A DNA stretch of 47,595 bases. Source: a virus. The number at the start of each line of letters is the position of its first letter. The first letter of the stretch is position 1. Positions 7,481 to 16,244 of this stretch are shown in pieces. The position numbers and the translations under genes are program-made. The notes below the pieces were generated by a model. That model worked only from the letters and a program-made list of their open reading frames with translations. It was not told where the DNA came from and did no database searches. The stretch is taken from IMG/VR virus record IMGVR_UViG_3300023280_000122, positions 1 to 47,595 of that record. One strand, written 5' to 3'.

Positions 7481-8964
7481 TCATCCGCCTCTTGCTGTTC
7501 GTTCGACGCGTTAGCTTCTGAGGGGATTTCACCTACTGTTTGTGTCACGGTGCGAATCGGCGCATTGGCGATAGCGTCCTCAATGTCTTCGTCGGTCCAG
7601 TCTGTGACGCCTGCCTTACGTAATGCCGCGTAGTAAGCTGTAGCCGGCAGTAAGCCTGCGTTAATGTCCGCCATCCATGCGGTCCGGTCTTGGGAAGTCA
7701 TCGGCGTCAGGAAGAATTCCATGTTCAGCTTAAACTCAATCTCCACGCCTTCACGCAGCCCCATCATGGCCGCGACCCACTTAAGGGCTTCGGTGTACGC
7801 CATGCTGACGTTGCGGGCGATAGTCGCCATCACAGACGTATCTGCCCCGCGCTGGATACGCGCTGACTCCGCAGTAATCTGAGATGTGGGGGTAATAAGC
7901 TGCGCGCCAATCTGTACGGCCTGGGTTTCTTTATCCAGCATGTTCTGCTTGGCGAGGTTGTTCTCTGCCGCTTGAATTAGCTGGGCGTTACCACCTTGGC
8001 CCAAGTTATGCCCGGTGCGGCTGCCGAATTTAATGCCGTTCGGGTTTGCCTCGGCAAAAGACTGAGCGCTCATGTTTTCGCCTGGGTAGATGAACAGCGT
8101 AGGCTGCCCAACGACAAAGCTGGATTCCTCGTTATCCGCGCTATTGCGGAAATGGCCGATGTTCAGCTCTGCCAACGGCAGCATCGGCGCGTCATCGATT
8201 GATGCGTCATTATTGGTAGCGCCAATAAAGGCAAAGGGTATTTTACCTTCAAGTTGAGGGCCAAGGTTAGGGTAAATAGTAACAACGTCATCCACACGGC
8301 CGCCGTTCTCCTTGAAGCGGTAAAGTCGCTGCCGGTATTTGCTGTTTTCGTCCAGGTCTAACACCCGGTACTGTTCGCCGTACTTGGTGTCGAATTCATT
8401 GCCGTCTTCGAAGTATTCCCAGGATTCCCGTAATACGACCATCACGACCCGGTTAACAGAGCCGAAGCGTTTCAAACGCCAGTTGATGATATTTTCCGCC
8501 GTGTAGAAAGCTATGACCGGGTTTAATAACCCCTCGTTTTGTTCGGCGGCTGTTGCGGCCCCGGTTTCGGGCGCGTCGACAAGCAGGCCGCCGCGGCCGA
8601 CGGAATCCAGCTCCATCAGCGTATCCTGGGCGTGTTGCCATAACCCGACACCTGAACCATCGCAGTTATCCAACAGGTATTCGAGTTCGGGCGGAATAAT
8701 CTGCTCTGGGTCTTTACGCATGACGCTGCCGACCATGCCGGCCAGGGTGCGTTTGGTAAAGTTATAACAAATAGCGCCTTGCTCGTATTCACGCTGCCGG
8801 GCGTCGCCGTATTCTCGGTCTGGCTCATTCACGCCTACATCGCGCAGGTATTCGATAAGCTCACCGGCAATCGCATTTCGAACGCGCTTCCACTTTGGAA
8901 AAGAGCGATTCCAGTCGCGATGTTTGGTTTTTACGCCAGAGTCATTGGTAACTAAGCCATTCAT
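7477..8964 (-). CDS. Portal protein (DUF4055-like)
   Basis: 495 aa. The N-terminal pattern is ...YNFTKRTLAGMVGSVMRKDP...GRGGLLVDAP. It lies upstream of the Mu-F-like gene. Confidence 0.85.
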   Translation of the reverse strand: MNGLVTNDSGVKTKHRDWNRSFPKWKRVRNAIAGELIEYLRDVGVNEPDREYGDARQREYEQGAICYNFTKRTLAGMVGSVMRKDPEQIIPPELEYLLDNCDGSGVGLWQHAQDTLMELDSVGRGGLLVDAPETGAATAAEQNEGLLNPVIAFYTAENIINWRLKRFGSVNRVVMVVLRESWEYFEDGNEFDTKYGEQYRVLDLDENSKYRQRLYRFKENGGRVDDVVTIYPNLGPQLEGKIPFAFIGATNNDASIDDAPMLPLAELNIGHFRNSADNEESSFVVGQPTLFIYPGENMSAQSFAEANPNGIKFGSRTGHNLGQGGNAQLIQAAENNLAKQNMLDKETQAVQIGAQLITPTSQITAESARIQRGADTSVMATIARNVSMAYTEALKWVAAMMGLREGVEIEFKLNMEFFLTPMTSQDRTAWMADINAGLLPATAYYAALRKAGVTDWTDEDIEDAIANAPIRTVTQTVGEIPSEANASNEQQEADE

Positions 8965-8999
8965 TTACGGTTCCTTAACTTGGTGCCTGTTGATGTAAC

Positions 9000-9028
9000 G
9001 ATACTATAGCCAATGCGACTATAGTATC
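9000..9028. promoter_or_regulatory. Perfect 10-bp inverted repeat upstream of the portal gene
   Basis: gatactatag-ccaatgcga-ctatagtatc lies in the 84-bp gap between the 262-aa gene and the portal gene. There is no U-tract. Confidence 0.6.
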
Positions 9029-9048
9029 ATCTTTTTATTGGGAACCGC

Positions 9049-9837
9049 TTAAAGACTAATCGCCGGACTCTTCAGCGAATAATAGTTCTTGTAATATTTA
9101 TACACCAGGTTAACTTCATCATCGGTCAGGATGCGGTTAAAGATAAGCGCTGCACGCAACACGATAGGTACGACGATAGTGCCGGTTGCGCCGGCTGTAG
9201 TCCCGTCCACGGAACCCCCAATCAGAATGTTTCCTGTCGCAAGCTGGTACATCCCTGCGGCGTTACTTTGGGTCGCAGTTTGTCCTAACCGTTTATTAGT
9301 CAGAGACAGCGACATTGGCGCCGCTACCGTAGATTTGGCAATAAGGAATTCAGAGACAGTAGTCGAAGCGGTACGCGCAAAGCCCGCAATAAAAGCAGCG
9401 CCGCCCGTGGCTAACTGTTTCATCTGGTAGTTTGCCGTGGTGGAACCCAGGCCGCGCATACGCTGCGGGGCAAGGTATTGCGTCGTGCCGAGTATGGGCG
9501 CCTGGCCGCCTGGGTCTTTCGCGACAATCGCAATCAAAGTCAGTGGTGTGGCGTTAAAACTCGCCATGTCGATACCGGTGTTGATATAGTTGCCGGCGGT
9601 GAAGGTAGCCGCGTACTTATCATCACTGTTGACCGTCGGAGTGCCAACTAAAGACATAGCGCTCCCGACGCGGTTGCGCGTCAGGCTGGCCGCGTTATCG
9701 CCGTCCGCATCCCACTGCAATACGCACCCGGAAACTTCTGTCGGTACTTGCGAGATATCAAACGGGTATACGATATCTGCGCCGCTGATGAAGTGCGAAA
9801 ATGTCTTATTTTTGAAAACTTTAACTTCAGTCGCCAT
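9049..9837 (-). CDS. LamG/concanavalin-like jelly-roll domain protein (putative)
   Basis: 262 aa. The C-terminal signature AALIFNRILTDDEVNLVYKYY is typical of LamG-like domains. The gene lies 9 bp downstream of the fibre gene. Confidence 0.5.
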   Translation of the reverse strand: MATEVKVFKNKTFSHFISGADIVYPFDISQVPTEVSGCVLQWDADGDNAASLTRNRVGSAMSLVGTPTVNSDDKYAATFTAGNYINTGIDMASFNATPLTLIAIVAKDPGGQAPILGTTQYLAPQRMRGLGSTTANYQMKQLATGGAAFIAGFARTASTTVSEFLIAKSTVAAPMSLSLTNKRLGQTATQSNAAGMYQLATGNILIGGSVDGTTAGATGTIVVPIVLRAALIFNRILTDDEVNLVYKYYKNYYSLKSPAISL

Positions 9838-9846
9838 GATTTCACC

Positions 9847-12396
9847 TTAAAGGGTTTGATAAAACGCTACCAGGTCGTTATAGAGCGGCAGCGCCCCGTA
9901 ACGTGATGTCTCTGTTGCACTGTCATGGATGCAGCCGCGGGAGCCTGTTTGTGGGCCTGGGTTATTCGCCCGGTTGCCGGTGTAGGCATAAGCCACGCTT
10001 GTTGCAGTCCCGGTCTTTGCAATGCGCACTGTGTTCCCATTCTCAAGCGTAACGCCTGTGATAGTAGCACCCTCTACCGTGAAGCCAAAATTCCCAGGGT
10101 TTGACACGCGCGCGGTGTCGATAACCGCAGCCCCAACACCGCCCGTTAGTTCGATAACAATCTCAGTTGAGGTCTGTGTGAACGTTTTCGGGGTCAGCGC
10201 CCGGCGCACGTTGCTTTTTATATACGCCGCAATAGACAACCCGGCAACTTCACCGTCGGCCCGATAACCCAATGCCGTAAGATGGTCTTTGTCGCCATAC
10301 GGGCGTGCGTATTGGGTACCGGAGAATATGTAATACGCCGGGTAGTCACGCGCCATCTCGTACTGCGCTGCGCCAATAATCAGGTTGGTATTGGCGTTAG
10401 TTGCGCCGGCCTGCACAGAGGCGTTGGAAAACTGTTCGATAAACATCACCAAAGCGTCAGAAGCACTGCCCGTGAGGGTCTGGTAATAAGCTTCGTAAGC
10501 TTCCCGCAAACGTTTCATACGGTCTTTATAAACGTCTTTAGCCGTACCAAGGCCTGCGTCTTCGTTGCCGTGGATGAACAGCAATACCGGACGGTAGCGC
10601 ATACCCATTGACTGGGCAACGTTATAAGCGGCCGCCATGCACTTCTTAGTGGCCTCAAAGGTGGCAGTGCCTTCGGAGATGTTGGCAAGCGACGTCCCAC
10701 TAGAACCGGTCGCACTGATGACAGATGTCTTTTGTGTCTGCGCGAACACCCGCTCTACGCAGCCGGAGCAATCAGACTCCTGACCTGAGCGCTTGCCGAT
10801 GTTCTCAACCGCCGGTACCAGATAGCTAAGGTCACTATCTTGCAGAGTGCTCACCGTGTAGGCCATGTCATATTTAGGGCCGCCGTTAAAAACCATAGCC
10901 CCGTAAGGCGCCGCGGGGGTCGTGGTGACTGGCGGCTGGGTTAAGGTAGACCCGCCTACTGATAACGACTGACCGGTAATGATAACGTGGAGTAAATCGC
11001 CATCCCCCTGGCGGATACGGTTAACTTTGCCGATGTTCTGGCGATGGATAACATAGTTGCCGGAGGTCTTGCCCTCGCGTGTGGTCATGCGGACATAGTC
11101 GCGCCCGCCAGATGTACGGCGGACTTCGGCGGACAGCGCGGAGCCGTCGTCTGTCATGGCGAGGTTAGTCCCGTCAGCGTCAACCTTGAAGACGTTACCA
11201 CCGGCAACATAGGCCATAGACATGGCGCGGTCAGGGTTCTTGTCGTCGCTGTTAACAGTTTCAATGCGGCCGTCGTCATAGACGATACGGTTAACGCGAC
11301 CCAGTTTATCGCACCATACTTCGGCGACACCGGCGATATTGGTGTAATAGGTTAGAATGTCGTCGGTGATGGTTGAACCGTCGGCTTTTTCTTCTTTCAG
11401 CACTTTTCCTGTTGCGTAGTCGATGGTCTGGCGTCCGTCAACAGTCCCTACGGTCAGCATACGACTACCAACGAGAGTAGCCGCGTTTTGGCGAATGCCG
11501 TTGTCCAGCAGACGTTCGCTAACCCGCCCTTCTTTGTCCGCACTCACCTGAGTCACGCCGGCCACTTCGCTAACGGTCGGTGCGGTCTGTTTGAGTTCGT
11601 TTACAATTTGAGTGCTCGGGAAACTCTTTCCTGTGTTGGTTGGGGTTCCGCCAACGTTTTGGTAAAGGTCATAAGAGTTAATGTCCGAGGAGCTGATAAT
11701 TGCGAACAGCGCTCCTGGTTTTACCGTGCCTGCGGTGATTGCCGCCTGGGCTTCGGCCATAGTCCGGAACATGTTACCGGATAGTGTGGCGGCCGCCTCA
11801 GCCTGGCTGCGGGCCGCTTCAGCCCCGGTTTTAGCGGCTTCTGCCCCCTGCTTAGCTGTAGCGGCGCCGGCAGCTACAGTATCCACCTGTGTTTTAACCC
11901 CGTCTACCTGGGTTTTTACCGCTTCAACTTCTGTCTTTGTCAACGCAGCAGCGTCCCGCGCAGCTTGAGCAGCCGCCGCCTTATCCGCAGCGTCAACAGC
12001 GGCCTGTTTCGCTTCTTCGACCTTAGCCCCGGTGTCCGCGCCGGCGGTCAGGGCTGTGTCGTAGAACTGTTTCATGGTGTTAAAGAGTGTAGGTTGCGTC
12101 AGGTCGGTGTCTGAAAAGAAGGTGTAACTCTCCAGGCTCCCAGCGGCCCCACCTTCTTCAACCGTCATGTTACCGATAACAATCGTCTCTTTGCTGCCGG
12201 AGTAGGTCACTTCTACTCGGTAGACGCCCGGTTCAAGCTGGAAAGCGTACGAACCGTCAGCGGCGGTAGTCTGCGCCGCAACAGAACCGGCAGCCGATGC
12301 CGACCCTTTGCGGATTTGAGTGATGTCAATACGCGCCCCGGCGATAGGCTCACCTTGCGGGTTACGCAGAATGCCAGCGATAGCTACAGTAGCCAT
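9847..12396 (-). CDS. Fibre-like protein with a C-terminal SGNH/SASA-type O-acetylesterase domain
   Basis: 849 aa. The N-terminus looks like a carboxypeptidase-regulatory (prealbumin-like) domain, followed by an Ala-rich coiled coil. Esterase blocks are HVIITGQSLSVGG, LLFIHGNEDAG and DKDHLT. Confidence 0.65.
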   Translation of the reverse strand: MATVAIAGILRNPQGEPIAGARIDITQIRKGSASAAGSVAAQTTAADGSYAFQLEPGVYRVEVTYSGSKETIVIGNMTVEEGGAAGSLESYTFFSDTDLTQPTLFNTMKQFYDTALTAGADTGAKVEEAKQAAVDAADKAAAAQAARDAAALTKTEVEAVKTQVDGVKTQVDTVAAGAATAKQGAEAAKTGAEAARSQAEAAATLSGNMFRTMAEAQAAITAGTVKPGALFAIISSSDINSYDLYQNVGGTPTNTGKSFPSTQIVNELKQTAPTVSEVAGVTQVSADKEGRVSERLLDNGIRQNAATLVGSRMLTVGTVDGRQTIDYATGKVLKEEKADGSTITDDILTYYTNIAGVAEVWCDKLGRVNRIVYDDGRIETVNSDDKNPDRAMSMAYVAGGNVFKVDADGTNLAMTDDGSALSAEVRRTSGGRDYVRMTTREGKTSGNYVIHRQNIGKVNRIRQGDGDLLHVIITGQSLSVGGSTLTQPPVTTTPAAPYGAMVFNGGPKYDMAYTVSTLQDSDLSYLVPAVENIGKRSGQESDCSGCVERVFAQTQKTSVISATGSSGTSLANISEGTATFEATKKCMAAAYNVAQSMGMRYRPVLLFIHGNEDAGLGTAKDVYKDRMKRLREAYEAYYQTLTGSASDALVMFIEQFSNASVQAGATNANTNLIIGAAQYEMARDYPAYYIFSGTQYARPYGDKDHLTALGYRADGEVAGLSIAAYIKSNVRRALTPKTFTQTSTEIVIELTGGVGAAVIDTARVSNPGNFGFTVEGATITGVTLENGNTVRIAKTGTATSVAYAYTGNRANNPGPQTGSRGCIHDSATETSRYGALPLYNDLVAFYQTL

Positions 12397-12410
12397 AAAT
12401 TAATCTCGCG

Positions 12411-13682
12411 TTAAAGTGCAAAACGGACCGGGACGTTAATGACAGGTTTAACCACCGGCATTTCATAGGCGATAGGGTAAGTCGTTGCGTCATTCTGGTG
12501 GTCGTTGCCGCCTGACTTATCCGGCTCCCCGTTTTTATCGTAAGCCTGTTGCTCGAGGCAGCGGGCCGCGACAGGACAGGTTTGTTCATTAACCATAACC
12601 ATACCAGACTCTAATGCTTTATTCATTGCAGATACTCTGTCTTTTACGGCCGGGTTGGTGCTTTTCGCCCGGACCTCAAAACCTGCTTGTTGCAGCATTG
12701 CGTTATCAGAAGTCGAGGCATTTGTACTCTTACGACTTCCCCCGCTGGCGTCGGGGTATATTACGATGTGGTGACCTTTACTTCTCCAGCGCTCGGTGAC
12801 AATTCGAACCACATCCGGCGTATCGCGCAAATCCGTCAGCTCGGCAACCGCGTGCCACACCCGGCCGCGCTGTACGTAAATAGTAGAGGCCATTTTGCCA
12901 ACGTTAAAGTCTTGACCGATAAACAACGTCTCGCCCGGTTGTATTGTTTCTCGGCTACTGTTAGCCCGCCGCTCGTATGCATAATACACCGTGCCTGCAG
13001 TCAGGTTGACAAACTCACCGTCGATGTATGCATTAATCAGTTGCTCTGGGTACGTGTCGTACAACGACTGAATGTAGTCTTCTGGCAGAAATGGATTACT
13101 GCGGGTACTGGCCTGAATCATTTCGTATCCCGGTTTACGTTTTACTACCCAGCGGTCATGTACGAAACGGAAGCCTTCTGGTGTTGTAAAAATAGATACT
13201 GTGTTTACCGGTTTCGGTGACGTTTTAACATAACTATCTGGTATTTGCCGATTACGGGCGATTATTTTGTTCCAGGCTTCCTCCGCATGGTCCATTTTTA
13301 ATGTATCCAACTCATCTACTTTAGCCCGGAACGACTCATAGCCAACAATGCGCGCGGGGTTATCCAGGGTTCGCAAGACAAAGTCACCTAGTTGCCGTGA
13401 ACTGGTGTAGATGATGTTGTCTGATTTATTATATCGATACCGTACTCCCCACTCTTGCAGCTTCTCCTCCATGCGCGGTGCCAGGATGAGACGGACAAGG
13501 TCGTAGGTTGGTTCGTACATGGCAATCATCGAAGACGCGCCACCTTCCAGGCTGTCGAGCAAAGCAGAATTGCACATCACTTCCGATTTGCCCGTACCGA
13601 ATCCGGCAACGAAAGCAGGGAATTTGCAGTGCATATTCAGGAAGGCAGCTTGTGGTTCAGTCGCTTTTATGTTGACTTGCAC
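12411..13682 (-). CDS. terL: Terminase large subunit
   Basis: 423 aa with Walker A VAGFGTGKSEV. The C-terminal part looks like a nuclease domain. The gene overlaps the small-subunit gene by 26 nt. Confidence 0.85.
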   Translation of the reverse strand: MQVNIKATEPQAAFLNMHCKFPAFVAGFGTGKSEVMCNSALLDSLEGGASSMIAMYEPTYDLVRLILAPRMEEKLQEWGVRYRYNKSDNIIYTSSRQLGDFVLRTLDNPARIVGYESFRAKVDELDTLKMDHAEEAWNKIIARNRQIPDSYVKTSPKPVNTVSIFTTPEGFRFVHDRWVVKRKPGYEMIQASTRSNPFLPEDYIQSLYDTYPEQLINAYIDGEFVNLTAGTVYYAYERRANSSRETIQPGETLFIGQDFNVGKMASTIYVQRGRVWHAVAELTDLRDTPDVVRIVTERWRSKGHHIVIYPDASGGSRKSTNASTSDNAMLQQAGFEVRAKSTNPAVKDRVSAMNKALESGMVMVNEQTCPVAARCLEQQAYDKNGEPDKSGGNDHQNDATTYPIAYEMPVVKPVINVPVRFAL

Positions 13683-14160
13683 CTACCACCTCCACGACAA
13701 CACGTTGAATAGGCCCGTCCTGCTCTTTTTTATCTTCTGACTCGTCTTTCATACCGTGGTTGGTGCGCAACATCAGGGCCGTTACATGGTTAGCGACTCC
13801 TGCAGCACCCAGCTCAAGCAGGAACGCTTTCTGTAAATCCTTAGCGATACCGTATGCGCGTTTAAAATCCGGGTGCTTGCCGCACCAGAGGTACAAAGTT
13901 GACATATCTACGCCAATACCCGCGGCCCAACGCTCGAAAGTCGGCAACTTGGTTACCGGCATCACTTTGGCGCTCGCTTTGGCGTCGTAACTGATTTGCC
14001 AAGACTCCGCAGACGAGAAGTATTCAATGATGGAATCGCAATATTCCTCCCGGTAGCTTGATGGGCTTCGGAAGCCATGCCCCGGAGGTAGTGGGTCGCC
14101 CTTTTTTCTGGCTGGGGTATACCCGGCGATGCCCTTAGGCTTAGCCTTGCCAATCTTCAT
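13657..14160 (-). CDS. terS: Terminase small subunit (putative)
   Basis: 167 aa from the ATG at 14160, which has RBS AGAGGA. An HTH-like segment is LPTFERWAAGIGVDMSTLYLWCGKHPDFKRAY. The gene lies directly upstream of terL. Confidence 0.6.
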   Translation of the reverse strand: MKIGKAKPKGIAGYTPARKKGDPLPPGHGFRSPSSYREEYCDSIIEYFSSAESWQISYDAKASAKVMPVTKLPTFERWAAGIGVDMSTLYLWCGKHPDFKRAYGIAKDLQKAFLLELGAAGVANHVTALMLRTNHGMKDESEDKKEQDGPIQRVVVEVVGASQHKSD

Positions 14161-14230
14161 AGTAGAATCCTCTGTCTGCCAGGTACCGACCATCGGTAAT
14201 TCTGGGTAGCGCCCTGCGCCATCTCACGCG

Positions 14231-14259
14231 ATTATATAGCGGGCTGGTATAAATGGCAA
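14231..14259 (-). promoter_or_regulatory. Sigma70-like promoter of the packaging/head operon
   Basis: On the minus strand: TTGCCA (14259-14254), a 17-nt spacer, then TATAAT (14236-14231). It lies about 70 nt upstream of terS. Confidence 0.55.
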
Positions 14260-14343
14260 AAATACGACTTTTAAGCCTAGTCCTAGCCCATAGGTAGGAT
14301 GATTCTTATACGATTATGACGGACAGTTAAACGGAGGTTATGA

Positions 14344-14556
14344 ATGGGCGCGACACGTTTTGACATCACTACCACAGGCGATACTTCGGGGGCCAGACTT
14401 CTCCCTGTTAACGTTGCCGATGTGAATTATCTTAGCCCCGCGATGAGCCTGGCATCTCGCCGGGTGACGGTTTACATCGAATTTTACGATGCTAAAGGCG
14501 TACCGGCTCTGTGGGGCCTCAAGGTCCGGCAGGACCTACGGGCGCTGCGGGGGTGA
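14344..14556 (+). CDS. N-terminal segment of a split collagen-like protein gene
   Basis: RBS GGAGG and the ATG at 14344. The frame ends 46 nt inside the next ORF. One extra G in the run 14513-14516 would fuse the two frames. Confidence 0.5.
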   Translation: MGATRFDITTTGDTSGARLLPVNVADVNYLSPAMSLASRRVTVYIEFYDAKGVPALWGLKVRQDLRALRG

Positions 14557-14939
14557 GCTATAACCCACAAGCCCCTGTATCTCGAACTGTTAGTGTTGCA
14601 ACAGCCTACCAGCACACAGACACGACCAAGCCGTATAAGGTCACCATAAACGCCCGCGCCACGTCTAACGTTACTCTGCTTGCGTTAGGCCAGGTAGACA
14701 GAGTAGAGCTGAAGGTGGGTCCTACCGCGGCCTCTGTCGCGCTAGGTGCTGCCGGGGGTTACATCATGGGCGTCTGGGAAACTGGCATCACCGGGATATC
14801 TGTGACAGTGGGGACTTCGCTACAGGACGGAGGGCAGCTTAACGCGGACGTGCCGGCGGGCTGGTACTTCTCGATTAACCGCCAGGCAGGCACCGCGGCA
14901 ACAGTGGTCAGTTGTTTCACGCAGTCGATGACCGCATAA
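14511..14939 (+). CDS. Collagen-like (G-X-Y) repeat plus beta-rich C-terminal domain segment
   Basis: GPQGPAGPTGAAG triplets are followed by about 125 aa of a beta-rich domain. Only a GTG start without a convincing RBS is available in this frame. Confidence 0.55.
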   Translation: MGPQGPAGPTGAAGVSYNPQAPVSRTVSVATAYQHTDTTKPYKVTINARATSNVTLLALGQVDRVELKVGPTAASVALGAAGGYIMGVWETGITGISVTVGTSLQDGGQLNADVPAGWYFSINRQAGTAATVVSCFTQSMTA

Positions 14940-14942
14940 GAC

Positions 14943-14964
14943 AAAGGCCCCGAAAGGGGCCTTA
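14943..14964. terminator. Bidirectional hairpin terminator
   Basis: aggcccc-gaaa-ggggcct stem at a convergent junction. The U-tracts are weak on both strands. Confidence 0.6.
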
Positions 14965-15060
14965 ATTCCAGAAACACGTTCTGGCGCGGATGCCGTCGCC
15001 GGCGTAGTGGTCGTTAGCAACCGGTCGCATCCATGCGTTTTTGAAGAACATCAGGGTCAT
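14962..15060 (-). CDS. 32-aa ORF (tentative)
   Basis: AGGAG RBS 6 nt before the ATG at 15060. The stop lies inside the terminator stem. It is very short and has no other support. Confidence 0.3.
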   Translation of the reverse strand: MTLMFFKNAWMRPVANDHYAGDGIRARTCFWN

Positions 15061-15069
15061 TCTAATCTC

Positions 15070-15261
15070 CTATTTACGTTTATATATTTCCAAGCTCGTC
15101 GTCCGACAGGTCATCAGGCGCCCATTGATAATAACATGGTAGCGGCAGGCTACGTCATGTCGGTATTTCTGTACCGTCATTTCACTGAGGCCTGTCTCGC
15201 GCGCTGCGTAGGCTACTTTGCCGTGTTTAGCGATAAGCTCCGGGATGCTGGTGACGTCCAT
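15070..15261 (-). CDS. Small HTH DNA-binding protein (Cro/Aca-like, 63 aa)
   Basis: The segment KVAYAARETGLSEMTVQKY looks like a helix-turn-helix. RBS GGAG. The start overlaps the upstream stop (TAATG). Confidence 0.65.
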   Translation of the reverse strand: MDVTSIPELIAKHGKVAYAARETGLSEMTVQKYRHDVACRYHVIINGRLMTCRTTSLEIYKRK

Positions 15262-15410
15262 TATGGAGACTCCACTTTTATTTCTGCCGTTTTGTACGCC
15301 AGAAGCTCTTGCAGCACAGCCAAGGTGCGCTCCTCCTTGAGCGACAGGTGCGGCTGGGCTTGCAGCTCGGCAATCCAGGCCGCTACCGCGTCTTTGGTGA
15401 CGGTAATCAT
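15261..15410 (-). CDS. Hypothetical 49-aa protein
   Basis: Not in the track because it is under 60 aa. The ATG at 15410 overlaps the upstream stop (ATGA) and the stop overlaps the next ATG. Confidence 0.5.
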   Translation of the reverse strand: MITVTKDAVAAWIAELQAQPHLSLKEERTLAVLQELLAYKTAEIKVESP

Positions 15411-15589
15411 ACGTGGCCCTTATTCAGGTTGTAGCGATTGATGATTTCGCGCCGGGCGTGGAGCAGGTCGACCATCGTCGACTCGAGTATCGCAATCTCG
15501 CGGTCGAGGAAGGCCAGTTTACGCTCACCCTCCGATTGGGTGCTGTCTACAGCATTGATACAGGCGCGTTCGTATTCAGTGTTGGTCAT
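15407..15589 (-). CDS. Hypothetical 60-aa coiled-coil protein
   Basis: Internal Met of the 99-aa track ORF. Any longer version would overlap the upstream small ORFs. Confidence 0.5.
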   Translation of the reverse strand: MTNTEYERACINAVDSTQSEGERKLAFLDREIAILESTMVDLLHARREIINRYNLNKGHV

Positions 15590-15594
15590 GATGC

Positions 15595-15687
15595 TTACCC
15601 CATAAGATACATTGTCAGTCCGGCAACAGCCCAGAGGGTTACGCCAAACGTTATAGACACGGTGACGACAAGTCCTCGATAGCTCAT
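15595..15687 (-). CDS. 30-aa hydrophobic peptide (tentative)
   Basis: MSYRGLVVTVSITFGVTLWAVAGLTMYLMG is a single TMD. Its ATG overlaps the upstream stop (ATGA). Confidence 0.35.
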   Translation of the reverse strand: MSYRGLVVTVSITFGVTLWAVAGLTMYLMG

Positions 15688-15857
15688 GGTTTAAAGCCTT
15701 TAGCATTCAGATACTTGTTGTCGTTAACGCTGCCGAATGAGTTGCGGGCTAAGAGTTCTTCCCGGCTCGGCATCGGCTCTTGTTTCTGTTTGGCGTACTT
15801 AGGGGCGCGCAGAGCTGCGCCGTTTGATACTAGGTTAATTGCATCAAAGTCGTTCAT
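15684..15857 (-). CDS. Hypothetical 57-aa protein
   Basis: RBS GGGGTGAAG upstream. The ATG at 15857 overlaps the upstream stop (ATGA). Confidence 0.5.
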   Translation of the reverse strand: MNDFDAINLVSNGAALRAPKYAKQKQEPMPSREELLARNSFGSVNDNKYLNAKGFKP

Positions 15858-15997
15858 TTCTTCACCCCATACGCATATTTCAGCGCACCCATTGCCGCGC
15901 TCCAGAAAGATTCGGCCTGCGCCTTGTTTTCCGAGTAGTAGGCGATGCGGGCCATTGACTGTGCATCTTCGAAGGCTTCAATATCCATGATTTTCAT
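15854..15997 (-). CDS. Hypothetical 47-aa protein
   Basis: The ATG at 15997 overlaps the stop of the 71-aa gene (ATGA). Confidence 0.5.
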   Translation of the reverse strand: MKIMDIEAFEDAQSMARIAYYSENKAQAESFWSAAMGALKYAYGVKK

Positions 15998-16209
15998 TTG
16001 CAAGCCCGCCATACGTGAGGAATAAGTTTAATAAAGCGAACAATACGATTAGACCCTTCAGGGATAACCGAATTCCAATTAGTAACAAACAGATTAGAAA
16101 CCCCCTTTGCTTGTAACCAGTATTTACTGTCTTTCGGGGTGATGTACAAACCGCCAGCACTCATCTCGCCGTCAACTACTGTTTTATCACCGCTTTTGTA
16201 TAGTTTCAT
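15994..16209 (-). CDS. Hypothetical 71-aa protein (AT-rich gene)
   Basis: Track ORF and first gene after the 16245 promoter. Its GC content is clearly lower than that of its neighbours. Confidence 0.6.
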   Translation of the reverse strand: MKLYKSGDKTVVDGEMSAGGLYITPKDSKYWLQAKGVSNLFVTNWNSVIPEGSNRIVRFIKLIPHVWRACK

Positions 16210-16244
16210 TTCTCGCTACCTCATTCTGTGTGGTTGGTATAAAG

